Assembly: GCA_964016885.1 (NCBI GenBank)
Contig: OZ024752.1
Location: 620,001-684,000 of the forward strand
Source: Eledone cirrhosa
Lineage: Eukaryota
DNA length: 64,000 bases
Reading direction: 5' to 3'
Shown here: positions 1-16,649 of the stretch, piece after piece
How positions within the stretch are numbered: position 1 is the first letter of the stretch
Layout of the letters: every line of letters begins with the position of its first letter
Program-made: the position numbers and the translations under genes
Notes under the pieces: model-generated
The model's database searches: none
What the model was told of the DNA's origin: nothing
What the model saw: the letters and a program-made list of their open reading frames with translations, nothing else

Positions 1-2347
1 ACATTTTCAAACTTACTGAATATAATTGTACAATATGTTTTCGGACAGATTATTTTCGGTCAGGACGACAACATATTTTCTACTGAAGTTAATCTGACCA
101 GTGACTAACAAAACGAAACAGAATATCGATTTATATGCAGGCTGACATAAGAAAACCTGACATATCCTATTAATTACCATTTCTATGGCATTGTAGCTCT
201 GTTTTCATCTAATGCCTTATGGATCATATAAAGGTGGCATTAATTATCTGAATATGTCATCCACTTTATTTGTTGTTGCTTTAAAGTTTATTTTATTACT
301 TCTCGACCCTGCTCCTTTCCTACAGTTCCTTGTTCTAAGCTATGTCAACAACTCCAGCCTTCTCCAGCCTTCATTGAAGAACAAAATCCCGAAACATTAT
401 ACTTTGTCAATCGAACTTATCGACATTCTACGAACACTGCTGTGGTAGAATACACTTATTAAAGGCACCTGGAAATGTGATCTTATCTCGTACTAAGTAT
501 TTACGAAGTAAACCTTTAAACCTCCCTGACATAAACTGGTCTTTAATTGGCGAAAAGGCTAGAGCAATTGTCACGATTATTGAAAGGAATAGTTATATAA
601 AAAAAAACGGAAATGTAAATTCAATTGTCAAATCTTTTTAATACTTTTTTACAATTTACACTGTCTTTTTTATTTTGTATTTCGTTTGTTTTATATTCAA
701 CTTTTGTGGGAAAGAATAACAGAACATGTAAGTGCGGTAGGGAGAGCAAATGTATTTACTTACTAGTTATGGCGTAATCGAAGGAGAGATTCGGGGTCAC
801 CCTCAGTCAAGATGAATGTCTACAAACCATTGATTTTAATAAGTGTATCAGTAGGTGTTATCACTTATAAGCTTATTAACACTGTTGTTCAGATTCATCT
901 GTTTTGAGATCTCGTCAAAGATCCAGTTGTAATAATTTGGCTATAAAGGTAGCCGTGTTCAAATTACAATGTCAACTTTTCTTTATCAGGAAGGCGAAAG
1001 TGTCTAAGGCCTTTCCAGGTCCCATGAGACTGGTGAAAATGATGTCTTACAAATTTTCACTTCTGGCAAAAGGAGAACAGGATTCCAGGCTGAATACTTT
1101 AACCAGATGGTAGTGGTAAACAAGATTGTGTGTTAAACCTACTACCAACTGTATAGAAAAAATATTCGATTTTTGTAAGGCCTATAAAGAATGCAAATAT
1201 ATGTATGACTGTAAGTATATGTATGACATAATTATTTGTTTGTAAGCTTGTACAAACTACATGTAGTTAAGGTAGGCACGTTCTGAAGCGTGTTAGGAGG
1301 TAAGGAAAGTAATTTTCTTGTGCCGTTTCATATAGAGGCACTCTTCTTATATAGCCATCAATCAGAATCATTTAGGAAGAGAAATTATAAACATTGTCTT
1401 GTTCATACCGTTAATATGGGATATTATCGGTATTGGGAGAGTTGAATAGCTTTACAAGAAAATCAAATTAGGCATAAGACAACGGTATCTGGAAAACTAA
1501 CAAAACAATGGAGCAAGAGGAAATCTTGCAATTTTATTTGCATTTTATATGTAAAGTCTGTTTAAAAATAAAACTTTAATAATAGAAAAAGTCAAATATT
1601 TTAAGTCTTCCAGAATAGATATATTGGTTTAATGATAAGCAATTTTAGGATATTTCCTCTATGTAAATTATATTTTTGATCGTAGAAAAAGAATGATAGA
1701 ATATATTTTGTTGTGACGGTGAAACAAAAATACAGACTTCGTTAACATTTGAAAGAAAATAGACGATAATACATTTGGTGACCTCTGTATGTGAAAGGGG
1801 TGGGACTTTCAGACGAAATTATAAACAGAATGTATAAATGTATGAAGTCAACTAAAAAGTAACCTTTGAACTTTCTTCTTCTATAACTTGTTACACAATA
1901 TTTCAAATTGTTTAGTTTTACAGACATATATATTTATGATATAAAATGTACAGATATAGAATATTATATGTATTACATGCACTAATATTTTCTTCTCTTA
2001 TATTTAGAAATAGCTAAATCATGTATGTCATTTCTTCGAGTTTGTGGTATTTCGTTTATATTCTCCGAGTATTTTTATTCTCATCGCATATTCTTTACTT
2101 TTAATTGTCTTCAATCGTTATGTTGTTTTAAATTATTATCCATTTTAGGAGGATCAGATACAATTATAGCTACACGAACTGAAAAATGTGTGCATGTGTG
2201 CGTTGATGCACTCTCTCTTATTATTTATACATACGTATTTGTGAGTGTTTGTGTGCGTGTGTGTGAATGTGTCTGTCTATATATATATATATATATATAT
2301 ATACATGTCTATATATATTCATTGTATGAAACTCAAATGGAGAATCA

Positions 2348-2470
2348 TTAGAAAGTTTTACAAATCTTTACTGTGCCATTAATCGATTGAATTTGGAGGA
2401 TGTGGATTAGATCCGTTTGTTCTTTCTTGGAAAGCCTCAGCCTATTCAAGCTTTTATTCAAATCTATAAT
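2348..2470 (-). mobile_element. 3' fragment of an RLE-type (R4/Dong-like) non-LTR retrotransposon
   Basis: Peptide LNRLRLSKKEQTDLIHILQIQSINGTVKICKTF* matches the C-terminus of the 19752-20081 ORF (LEKLGFTGTERTQLVRKLQVQSINRTVKICKTF). A (TACA)n tract lies on its 5' side. Confidence 0.65.
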
Positions 2471-3665
2471 TATACAGTACAGTGCATCTATACTATGTAC
2501 GTATGTATGCATGTACGTATGTATGTATGTATCTATGTATGTATGTAAGGTTATTATTGCCAGGGTTGGAGTAGGCCTGAAAATCAACTCTTTACTAAAA
2601 TGCCACAAACGGCTTGCATCTCATATAGCCTCTGACAACCGAAGGCCAGCTCCTGGTCTTTCTCTAGCGGAGATATTTGGCACTGACAAGGAGAAGAGGC
2701 AAAGGTGAATTACTGGCGCCTTAAAACTAGTTGCTCCGAGTAGACAGAGCGTGTCAACCTCGAGTGACAGTATGTCTAGGAGAGGGTTCACTCTGATTTC
2801 AAAACAGGGGTCGACAGGACTACTTAGTCATAAATATGACAACCCATCTGTGTGGGAGACTCAGATATACCTCGTGGTATATTCACTGGGAGTAATTTCA
2901 CTGGGAGTGAAGAATCCTGAATTGTTGCTACGGCATTCTTCTAAGAGAGAAGGAGAATTCTGAACTGAATCCCGCGGTTTACATGATGACTGGTCATCTT
3001 CCTTAGGTATGTCATCCAATAATAAGCACTGAAACCTAGGGAGTGGTACTCGTATTGTACAAGATGCTGCTACTATAATCTATGATGTAGATATGTATAT
3101 TTTGTAATCTTTTCAAATGTCATTCTATGTCTCCAGCCAATGCAAACCAGGACTCTGTGGTCTTGACACCAAAAAAGACACTGGGCCTAATGCTGCTGCT
3201 GTTGAAGTGTTACGCCTTGAACTTGCACCAAAGAAATACTGCCTCTTCCGCAGTTTCGGCAATTAGGGAGATGTAGTATAGACAGAAGTAGTCACTGTTC
3301 CCTAGTCACCTATATTGAGGTGTGCTATGCTGGAGTGTTGTCAGTGTCTCAGGTGGGGGTCTTGGTTTTTGCCTTTTGTTACTGGATTGAAAAGTTAACT
3401 CCTTGTACATGGGAGGGCGATGTTAAGACGGCTATCATCTGACAAGATGAAGTAATCATCAGATATATATACATATATGTATGCAGGTATGCATATATGT
3501 ATGTGTGTATGTATGTGTGTATGTGTATGTATGTATGTACGTATGTATGTATGTATGTATACATTTATGCATTTATAACCATTACATGGATATGGCTGTG
3601 TATTTATGAATTATTCATGAATTTCTGTCTACAATCTAAGTATGAATACATGTATTTCAATCTTG

Positions 3666-5198
<1,533 letters not shown>

Positions 5199-5529
5199 CC
5201 TTAAGTCTCATGAAGATAATCTCAAATTCGGGTCCTTCAAGAAAATTCACACAACGTCAGCCCCAGCCAGGTCACATAAATGTTGACCCTGTATGTCATT
5301 ATTGTCTCACTGAATGGATCAAATATCTACCAGCGGCTTTTTAATGGTTGAATCTTTCTTTGTCTATTTCAAACGCTTGTCTTTTCCACCTTACTTTATT
5401 TAGTTGCTACTAATGTACATTTAGCTATAAATGCAAATCTATAATTATCGCGAATAACGCGACTTGACTTTACGACGTGTTTCTACCTCTTCATATTCAA
5501 CATTACATACCCACACTTGTTTGTTTTAT

Positions 5530-5705
5530 ATCACATACAGACCCGTGCAAGTCGACAACACATACCCACCCATATAAGTATGCATCACATACCCACCCGA
5601 AAAATCCACATCACATACCCACCTGTACAAGTTCCCAAAACATACCCGCCCGTACAAGTCCACATAACATACCCACCCATTCAAGTCCACATCACATACA
5701 CACAT
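5530..5705. repeat. Degenerate ~27 bp minisatellite (cacatcacatacccacccgtacaagtc-like), about 6-7 copies
   Basis: Recurring catacccacc...caagtccaca units. Confidence 0.7.
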
Positions 5706-6394
5706 TTCAAATTCTATATTACAAACCCAAAATGAAAGTTCCACATCATCATTTAGGAGTTTTAATGAAAAATCAATTTAAACTAATGTTTTGATAATCC
5801 AAAACAAAGATAGCAGGCTTTGCTAACATCCATTTTTGTACATGTTATAAAGATCCTTTATATATATATATATCAGGTTTGCTTTTCAACCCCATTTTTT
5901 AATCATTTTCCTTATATATATATATATGAGGGAGGTAAGGCTGTGTGGTTACTGATAACGAGTGTTAGAAGGTAAGGTCACATAAACAAGAGATGAAAAG
6001 TTTCCCTTCGTCAGCTGTTTACTACGGTTCATGGATGTTTCGGCGCATTATAAACAGCACATCTATCCATAGCACGCACATACCTTTTTATTTATCAAAA
6101 CACCATGTGGGAAAGAAGTGATAGCAAAGAGAGAAAGAAAGAAACAAAAAGGGGAGAAGAATAAAAAGGAAAAAATGAAGTAAACATATCGATAGAAGGG
6201 GGAACACGGGACAATGGCACACGTGAGTAAGGTTCTATACAATGCAGAGACTATAGAAAAAAGTAAGGATGGAAGCAGCACGGAAATATATTTAAAGAAT
6301 CTGTTTTTCTTTTTTCTCCTTTGATCCGTCAAAATGACATTATTGAAAGAATGAGAACAATTTTATTTTAAAATGAGTTTTACAAAGTATATAT

Positions 6395-6433
<39 letters not shown>

Positions 6434-6503
6434 TGCACGTTGGTGCTGTCTCGGTCACACACTCTGTGTTTATACAGATATAACTTTATCATACGTATGT
6501 GTG

Positions 6504-6571
<68 letters not shown>

Positions 6572-6574
<3 letters not shown>

Positions 6575-7375
6575 CTGCGATAAATTTGTTTTTCGAGGTT
6601 TTTGATATGTAATCGTGTGTCGAAACAAATACTTGGGGAGGGTCATATTGTTGTAATAATATTGCCAGAAATAATAACAGAACACACTCACTGTTTGGTT
6701 GGTTTTCGCTTCTGTATCTTTTATATCTCGACAGTTAATTCATTTGGTCCTCAATGTTTATCAAATTAAAATAATATCTAAACATAGAAATGACCCAGCA
6801 GGTAGGCAAATCAGAGAGGCAAGCGAAATAGAGCTTAGAAGGCCAAAGCTAAGCAGAAAAAAATGAATGGAATAACAACAACACCCAAACAAAAAATACT
6901 GACTTGAGAGAAATATAAATAAATATATACACAAGCACAATAACAACAAACACATATAAACATACACTAGTAAACTAAGATAGAATACAATAAACAAAAC
7001 ACAGTCACCCAAACGCGAACACACACACCAAACACTATACACAGACGCAAACTCATGCGCAGAGAAGAAGACAAAAATAAATAAATAAACAGATAAAATA
7101 AAAATGGCATAGACATACAATACAACAGGAGGAACATAATAGTACCACTGATGATGTTGCAGATGTGCAACGAAAGAACTTTCTTAGACTATATATATGT
7201 GTTTATATCTGTACTTTTGACCGTTGGTCAGTCAATGATAAACATTGAGGACCAAATGAATTAACTGTCGAGATATAAAAGATACAGAAGCGAAAACCAA
7301 CCAAACAGTGAGTGTGTTCTGTTATTATTTCTGGCAATATTATTACAACAATATGACCCTATCCAAGTATAACAA
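6572..7375. mobile_element. Non-autonomous fold-back element with ~135 bp inverted arms, probably Penelope-related
   Basis: ~6630-6763 is the reverse complement of ~7236-7370. The terminal motif atgaccct..ccaagtataacaatat is shared with the GIY-YIG element at 25.3-26.75 kb. Both flanks are (TA)n-rich. Confidence 0.65.
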
Positions 7376-7504
7376 TATATATATACATATATATGTGTGT
7401 GTGTATGTATGTATGTATGTATGTATGTATGTATGTATGTATGTATGTATGTATTGTTGTCGTTATTATTATTGTTGTTATTATTATTATTACTATTATT
7501 ATTA

Positions 7505-7696
7505 TGGCAGTGGATTGGCAGTATCGGTAGAGGGTCGGACGCCATGCTTTCCAGCATAGTTACGTCCCTTTACAATCTGAGTTCAAATCCCGCCGAGGTT
7601 GACTTTGCCTTTCATCCTTACGGGGTCGATAAAATAAAGTACCAGTAATGCACTGAGTAATTGCTGGCCTTGTGCCTAAAGTAGAAACAATTATTA
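7505..7696 (+). mobile_element. tRNA-derived SINE, copy 1
   Basis: A-box-like tggcagtatcgg, B-box gagttcaaatccc, core gactttgcctttcatccttacggggtcgataaaataaagtaccag and tail gtagaaacaattatt. Near-identical to the copies at 17.0, 28.5 and 29.1 kb. Confidence 0.9.
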
Positions 7697-8004
7697 TGTA
7701 TGTATTTTTTTCTCGTGCAATGGCCATACTCGATAACGAGGGGGCAGCCATCATCATGTATGTATGTATATATATATATATTTGTGTGTGTGTGTGTTTG
7801 TGTGTGCATATGCGTACTAGTAAATATAATTATATGAAATATATATAAAATATTATCCTCGCGGATTTATAAATGTTTTTTGCCCCAAACATGGAGATTC
7901 GACACATAAAGCTAAACGTTAAGCAAAATATTGACTCCTATTAACAGATACCGGAGACCCCAATCCCTAAGGATGACAAATTTTTATGTGCATTACAGAT
8001 ATAT

Positions 8005-8090
<86 letters not shown>

Positions 8091-9822
8091 GAAACCCAGC
8101 TAGAATTTCGGTCAAACGCCGAATTTTGATTCAAGTCAAGAAAAATCGTTTTCTTTAAAGGAAATGTTCTTTTTTTAAAGCTGAGACAGCAATTCTCTGG
8201 AGGAAGGGGTTGGTGCAATAGGATGACACGATGCTAATCCGACATCGTGCCGCAGACCTCCGGTTTGATATTGTCTGGGTGTCTGTCGGTAGATTTTGGT
8301 GTGACGGTGGTCTATATTTGATATCTCAGTCCACTTCAGTATCCTGTTGAATGTAGCTTAGTAAAATTAATTCTCGTGATAGTACTTTAAAGTACCTCAT
8401 ATGTTAGGTTAATATATCTATTGCTAAATGCTAGAATTTAACACATTTTAAATTGATGTGTTTCTCTTTTTATTACTATATGTAGCTAAATAAATCTTTG
8501 GCGTTCCCCTTTCGCATTTAAAAATATAATTATGATTTGAGTAGTCCTACAGGGTCACGAAATGTATATGGTATTCTAGTACGTGTCAGTTTTACTATAA
8601 CATGGCTATAATATCGCTGATACTTGAAATGCAGCTGAAACTCACTTTTATGTTATGTCGATTGGAGAATTTATGAAATTTGCTTCTGAAATGAAAATAT
8701 TTAGAAATCAATTTCCGGAAATGTTTAGGCATGTAGAAATTCACACTGAGATTGAATGATGGTTGCAGAAGATCCTAACTCGGTTACACTTAAATTCTTG
8801 AGGGTTTTATGTGTGTCTGTGTGTGTTTGTTTGTTTATTTCTTCATTCGACTATTCTGTTTGATGGCGGAAGATGAAGCCATTTTTTTCTGGAAACTAAT
8901 ATACTCTAATGATTTATTGTAAAAATACCTGCTCTGTCAAATGTGATTTTATCGGAAAAAATATAAGAAATTCCAAAAATTGTATCGATTATGTTCTTAA
9001 AGACGCCAGGGTGTGGTTAAAATTGTTGTTGCTATATATGAATTTTCGTTGAGTTTTGTTTCTGTATTCAAATATAAGGTAACATTTCACAATTTGACTA
9101 TACTATGACCGTAGCTAATATAGTGGGATTATCATAGTTGAATCGGAAAGATGTTTTCTTCGCTATCATATGATCCTAGGATGTATTCGACAGGGCGATG
9201 AAATTTACGATGAGCTCGTGTTGACCTAAATGGAATTCAGCTGGACTTTGCCAGTAAATCCAAGGACTAACCTTTTCATACGTTGTGTCGCGCTAAACCA
9301 CCACGGCAATTATAATAAGGTTAAACATCTCTGTGGAATGCTCACTTACTTGCGCGTTTTTCGTAATAATACCGAACAACGTACTGCTGGTCACTCCTTC
9401 CTTCAAAAGCCATACAAATCGGACATGTGCATCGGGTAGATGGATCGGGTGCAAATCTACACCAGGCCTACGCGAGAAATTTGCAAGGGACTGCACCGAG
9501 AGGGATAGAGAGAAAGAGTAACTTAGTGGAAAGAGTGCGAATGAACTTTTGAGGTAAGTAGCCTACGCCTTACTGTTATGACACTGGAACCTTCTGCCAA
9601 CTTAACCTGTGACTTTTTCTTTCACATTTATTCCAAAAGGCCAAAACAGAAGAGTATGAAAAGAAGGGGCTCAACAATATTTCTATGAACAATGCACGTA
9701 GACAGCTAAACTGTACTTTCAACTTCTTAATTTTCTCCAAATAAAACAAGTTTCCTGTCGGTATATTTTCGTGAGTTTTTAACAGGCACTTACAAATAAA
9801 CGTTTCTCATTGGAGGTGCTAT

Positions 9823-9853
9823 TACCCGTGCAACGCCGAGATACATTGCTAAT
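9823..9853 (+). mobile_element. Possible Helitron 3' terminus
   Basis: acccgtgcaacgccgagatacattgctaat resembles the GC hairpin followed by CTRR at Helitron 3' ends, but is degenerate. No 5' end was located. Confidence 0.4.
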
Positions 9854-11269
9854 AATGCTAATTCCTATATCCTTAAAAGTATAAATTATATCTCTCCTGG
9901 TTCGGCCTAACTTCTTTAATATTGTCTGAAATAGCCAAGCCATCGTGCTCAATCAAAATTTTAGTATATCTAAAATATAGTATGAGACGAGCGAACTAAC
10001 TTTAGTTCTGTCCATACTATACATACTAACAATAAAAGTATAAACATTTAATATTTCAGCCATGCAATCTCCCCGTTATAAAAGGAACGATTTTATGACA
10101 TGCATAATTATAGCAATGTAGTTTCGGTTTATAGTACAATATATTCTTCCAAATACAAGTGCCGTGTGAGTAGAATTTTGATGTGATAATCTCGGACAGA
10201 AGAATTTACGTCTAATTTTATCTCTAATATTACTGACACATGCATAATCGACTTACATAGAATACGTAGACAGAGACCCGGTTTCAGGAAGCGTAACGCG
10301 TCGTTCTCGGCGAGTAAAGCCTACAGCGACCGGATTAGCACATTAGTTAAGCAACTGTTTACAGGGGCAGTCGTCAACAACAAATAGTAGGATCCTCTCA
10401 AGTGAACGATTAGAGTAGAATCAATAGCATTTAGTAAAGAAGTAGTGATAGGCAAAATAGAATGGAGGGGGTAGTTAGTAGCTAAATTAGAAGATCCAAT
10501 TAGAAGTGTCATTGCGACCTACATGCTAGCTGCGAGAATGGCACTGGGCTATTTCTTCAATGCCAATGGATGACATCTAGAAATCCCTGGCCTGGCAGCG
10601 CTACCGACGAATGTTGCCGGTTCGAGATAAACTTTTAGTACTGGGGTCGATTTAATCGACTTTCCATTTCCCTTCAAAATTGCTGGACTTTTACCTGAAT
10701 TAGAAACAATTATAATATTCTGAAACAAGATTTGAGGAAGCGGTATAAGTTGGTGAGATTGAATTGAGTACACGATTGTTATGCAACTTATTTTATCTAA
10801 CCGTGACTAGATTTGAACATTTAACTCTATACTTTTACATCAAACGTTGACACATATTATAAGAGGAAAAAAATACTGCATCATCTGAGATGTGGGCATT
10901 GATGATTTTACAAGATTAAATGAATGAAAGCCGGATTTGAACCCAATTTAAAAAGCTGCAACTAAAATTCAGCAAGTCATTTTGTCAGGTGCTCTGTGTG
11001 ACTCCACATTTTTAGGAAATGCAATTATTTCTAGCATTCACATAATCCTATAGATGAGGAAGGGAACAGTTGATTACACAGACCCTAACATTTGTCCGCT
11101 ATTTTATTTTATGAACTCCAGAAATATAAAGATCAATGTTAATTAGGCCAAGATTTGTACTGAGAACCTAAAGAGACGTAAATATATAGAAAAAGGCTGT
11201 TTATCCAGAGCTCTATCTACCATCATTGTTATTCTACCGACACCTTTGGTGAAAGAGAATATGTGGTTT

Positions 11270-11450
11270 CTAAATTTAGACAAATACCAGTAATTTAGGA
11301 TGTGGAGTGAGTCCAGTCGATTTCATCGACTGGCATTATATTCTATCGACCCCGGCAGAATAAAAGACAAATTTGATCTGAGCATGATTTGAAATCAAGA
11401 CGTAAAAGAGCCAGAACAAATGCCGCAAATATTTTGTCTGACGCTCTACT
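11270..11450 (-). mobile_element. Old, diverged SINE copy
   Basis: ttctatcgaccccggcagaataaaagacaaatttgatctgagcatgatttgaa is a diverged reverse complement of the SINE core and B-box. Confidence 0.6.
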
Positions 11451-11921
11451 AATTCTGACGATCAACCGCCCTTGGGAAAATGTAATAATGAAAAGTGAAG
11501 AGGTGAGGCGTTAATGTTTGGAGGTAAATTATGTAAAATAAAATGAAAGGGGAGATGAGTGATGAAACTTTGGAGGGAGAACAAGAGGGAAAAGGAAAGG
11601 TATCAGATGAGGTGAGAGGGGATTGATGAACAGTTATGAAAGAATTAAGAAGGGAAGAAAGAGAACGGGTGTCACAGAGAAGAGAAGATAAAGAGAACGA
11701 AAGGAAAGACAAGGGAAGAGACAGAACATAATACAAGAGAGATAGAAGAAAAAGTAAACGAAGAAAGAGAATATTCGAGAGGTGAGGTGAAAGAAAAGAA
11801 AAGGCAAAGCAAGAAATAAAGATGATGGGTGGGGAAGAGGTAGAGAAGAGACTCAAAAGATAGACAGTGAAAATAGGAGGTGACAGAGAAGAGGAAGAAA
11901 GGCAGACACTAATAAAAATGA

Positions 11922-12037
<116 letters not shown>

Positions 12038-12529
12038 TAAACAAAACAAAAAGTGAAGAGATGATAAATGATGAAAAAAAAGTAAGAAAATACGATTTAA
12101 GAAGACGTAGAAAGGAAAAAAAAAACGTAGAAAAACGAAAGAGAGAGAAAAGCAAAGAGAAAACAGAAAAGCAAAGAATATAAAAAAGAGAAAGAAAAGC
12201 GAAAGAAGAAAGACAGTGAAAAGAATGAAGAAAAAAAAAAGCAAGGGAGAAGAGAGAGATACAGAAAGGGGGAGGGAGAGAGTTGGGGTGGGAAAGAGGT
12301 GTTAGATTGCAAGGTTTGATTGGAAGGTCGTGTTTTGAGTGTAGTTGGCGCGGTCGGTCTAAACGCAAGATGTGGTTGACTTTACCTACAGCCAGTCTGT
12401 GTGTCGTACACATTCTTCTTATGTCTCTTCCACACACTGGATCGACCAGCAAAAAAAAACTTCGCCAAAGACCAGGTAGGAGAGAATTCAACGAAAGCAA
12501 ACAAACAAAAAAACCTTCTTCCTTACCAC

Positions 12530-13530
12530 ACACATACATACATACACACAGTCACACAGACAAACACACACATACATACATACACATAGTCACACAGACA
12601 AACACACATACATACATATATATACACAGTCACACAGACAAACACACACATACATACATACACACAGTCACACAGGCAAACACGCACATACATACATACA
12701 CACAGTCACAGACAAACACACATACATACACACAGTCACACAGACAAACACACACATACATACACACAGTCACACAGACAAACACGCACATACATACATA
12801 CATACACAGTCACACAGACAAACACACACATACATACATACACACAGTCACACAGACAAACACATACATACATACAGTCACACAGACAAACACATACATA
12901 CACACAGTCACAAAGACAAACACACACATACATACATATATACACAGTCACACAGACAAACACACACATACATATATACACAGTCACACAGACAAACACA
13001 CACATACATGCATACATCCACACAGTCACACAGACAAACACACACATACATACATACACACAGTCACACAGACAAACACACACATACATACATACATACA
13101 CACAGTCACAGACAAACACACACATACATACATATATACACACAGTCACACAGACAAACACACACTTACATACATACACACAGTCACACAGACAAACACA
13201 CATACATACACACAGTCACACAGACAAACACACACATACATACATATATACACACAGTCACACAGACAAACACACACTTACATACATACACACAGTCACA
13301 CAGACAAACACACATACATACACACAGTCACACAGACAAACACACACATACATACATATATACACACAGTCACACAGACAAACACACACATACATACATA
13401 TATACACAGTCACACAGACAAACACACACATACATACATATATACACACAGTCACACAGACAAACACACACATACATACATATATACACACAGTCACACA
13501 GACAAACACACACTTACATACATACACAGA
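12530..13530. repeat. Minisatellite: constant cagtcacacagacaaacac core plus variable (CA)/(CATA) spacer, ~30-42 bp units
   Basis: More than 25 tandem copies visible. It explains the His/Thr-rich ORFs. Confidence 0.93.
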
Positions 13531-14681
13531 TGCGTAATAGAACACAACCACACATACACACACATACATACACGAGAAAAACATACGTTATAACACGCAA
13601 ACACATACATACATACGTACATACATACATACATAAGTACATACATACGTACATACAAACGTAATAATACATACATATATACATACATATATACATACAT
13701 GCATCATACATACATATATACATACATACATGCATCATACATACACATACGTAATGACACACAACAGAAACATACGTAATAGCACACAATCAGACACACA
13801 CACACGTATATATCATGTCACACACACATATACACACATTACACAAGCACATATACAATCATACGTAATCACACACACATGCCACACACACACCACCACC
13901 ACACGCACCACACACACCACACGTGCGACACACACACACCACCACACACACACCACACGTGTGACACTCCCCCACATACCACGCACACACACACACATAT
14001 ACCACACACAACCACATATAACCATGGAATGGACCTTCATCGGTAATAACGATGTGTATTACAGCTGAAATTAATACGCAAGTGGCTGAGCATTCCACAG
14101 ACACGTATGCCCTTAAATTAATTCATTTTATACATACATACATACACATAACCACTTAGTATCACACACACACATCACACCGTTACACAAACACACACAC
14201 ATCACACACTATTACATACCTTACATATCATCCACACTTACACACACACATCACACCATTACATGTCTTGCATATCATGCATACTTACACACACACGTAT
14301 CACACACACAGACAGAAACACTCGTATCTCACACACAGACACACACACACGTATCACAGACACACACGCACGTTTCACACACACACACACGTATCACACA
14401 CACAGAGACAGATACACACGTATCACACACAGACACACACACACAAATATATATAAGTGTACACATCATTACTATATTTATTCCTCGTCGTTTTTATAAT
14501 AATAATGGTTTCTGATTTAGGCACAAGGCCAGCAATTTTGGGGAAGGGGAAAGTCGAATAAATCGACGCCAGTGTATTACTGGTACTTTTAATGTTAACT
14601 GTGACACTTTTAATTTCATTTCAGCGAAACCCCTTCCATGTTTTCTACCCCTCTATATTCCCCATCACCCAACCCTTCACC

Positions 14682-14686
<5 letters not shown>

Positions 14687-14751
<65 letters not shown>

Positions 14752-14752
14752 C
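14687..14752. repeat. (CTA)n microsatellite
   Basis: Directly visible. Confidence 0.95.
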
Positions 14753-14919
14753 AGCACCAGCACCACTACTTTCTTTATGCTTATATTTCAGTTCACTTCA
14801 TTAAACTTAATTTTCCTTTCGAAACACTTCATCTCATTTACACACAGACACAGATACATGTATGTGTGTGTATATACACACGTATGTATATATATACATA
14901 CCTATATTTATATATACAA

Positions 14920-14957
<38 letters not shown>

Positions 14958-14958
14958 G

Positions 14959-14996
<38 letters not shown>

Positions 14997-15002
14997 TATG
15001 TA

Positions 15003-15041
<39 letters not shown>

Positions 15042-15217
15042 ATAAAAATATATATGTATATATGTCTACATATATATATATATATATATGTGTGTGTGTA
15101 TAAATATAGGTATGTAAGTATATATATATGAAGATCGTTTGCTCTATACAAAGCTTGACCATTTCTTGCACTATATATATATGTATGTGTGTACACACAT
15201 ATATCTACACACACACG

Positions 15218-15274
<57 letters not shown>

Positions 15275-15334
15275 TGTATATAAATGTAAATAAACAAATA
15301 TACACAGCTAGATAGATATTTTTGTATGTGTGTG

Positions 15335-15381
<47 letters not shown>

Positions 15382-15678
15382 ATATATATATATATAAGTA
15401 GAAGGGGTATTTAATTTGTTGGAAATCCTACAAATATAAATATAAATGTTTATAACTGATTTAGAGCACTCAATATGTTTCCTGGAGTAAATATATATAT
15501 ATTTATATATATATATAGAGAGAGAGAAAGATGACGTATATCGTTATATCTCCCTATAAAACCACGAAGTGTTCAATACACACCTGTCTAAGAAGTGTGT
15601 AGATTCAGCATAATTCAGTTACACCAATATAAGGATAAACTGTAGAATTTCCTCATTCCAAAAGTTTAGGCCTGGATA

Positions 15679-15734
15679 TCTTCTTCTTCTTCTTCTTCTT
15701 CTTCTTCTTCTTCTTCTTCTTCTTCTTCTTCTTC
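15679..15734. repeat. (CTT)n microsatellite
   Basis: Directly visible. Confidence 0.95.
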
Positions 15735-16566
15735 TATTGTGTATGAGACTGTGGCTGTCTCAGATTGTTTGCCTGATGTAAATCAGAGATCAGTTTCCCG
15801 GTCTCAAAACGAGGAGGTCAACAACTTTTCTATGTAATATGGTAGGTCGAGAGGATCGGCCAGTATCCGTGCCCTTCACAGATCATTCGAGACAGAGAAG
15901 TTCAATATTCCGTTTAGATTGTTTCAAGTCGACATTTTGGGGAAATATACAATGAAGGAGGGTCTTCCAGAGGGTTAACGATCAGAGTTGGAAAGACTGG
16001 GTGTTGTGATTAATGCAAGACCTCATGACATCTAGGGCTATACACAACATGCGGAATGGGAGGAGTGGTGAGTTGAAGTGACACGAATCTAGTTAGCCCC
16101 GAGGATGAGAGATTATTGTAGTAAATGTTGAAGGGACAGAGGTAGAAGATAGCACATCTGTGAAAGAGAGGTTGGAGAATATGAGAGAGTTAATTGAAAC
16201 TGTTTAGATGAGTGGCTCTACTCCGGGTGCTGTATAAGATGCCGGTGTGAGGATTCAGAATATACGATCTGAAAATTGTTTAGATTGACTGACGAGTAAA
16301 ACCAGGGCCTATGATTGTGAGACGACGAACAGCTCCTTAATATACTAACCTCACCACACCATACCACAACACAACACACCATACCATACCACACCACAAC
16401 ACGAAACTAAAAAATAATCTATTTCCTCTCTCACATTTTGAGGTTTCACTCCCCTTATTCAGAGGGGTTGGGCCAAAACATTTATGTTCAGCTAGGAAAG
16501 ATTTTCTCTTGAGGGCTCTAGGTACAGTTGACTAACGTAAACAACATATGTGTGTATATATATATA

Positions 16567-16649
<83 letters not shown>

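Noticed and set aside
900-1900. Possible highly decayed Penelope RT/GIY-YIG remnant (GETK...RL..HLKE)
   Set aside because: The similarity rests on a few residues across frameshifts and is too weak to call.
7505-7600. tRNA gene
   Set aside because: It has A and B boxes but no cloverleaf, and it continues into a conserved body and tail in many copies, so it is a SINE head.
12283-13664. His/Thr-rich 436-aa ORF, or a CRISPR-like array
   Set aside because: Unit lengths are not constrained to multiples of 3, the spacers are simple repeats, there are no cas genes and the context is eukaryotic.
15735-16320. Possible LINE fragment ending in a (GAA)n tail on the minus strand
   Set aside because: No diagnostic protein motif could be read with confidence.
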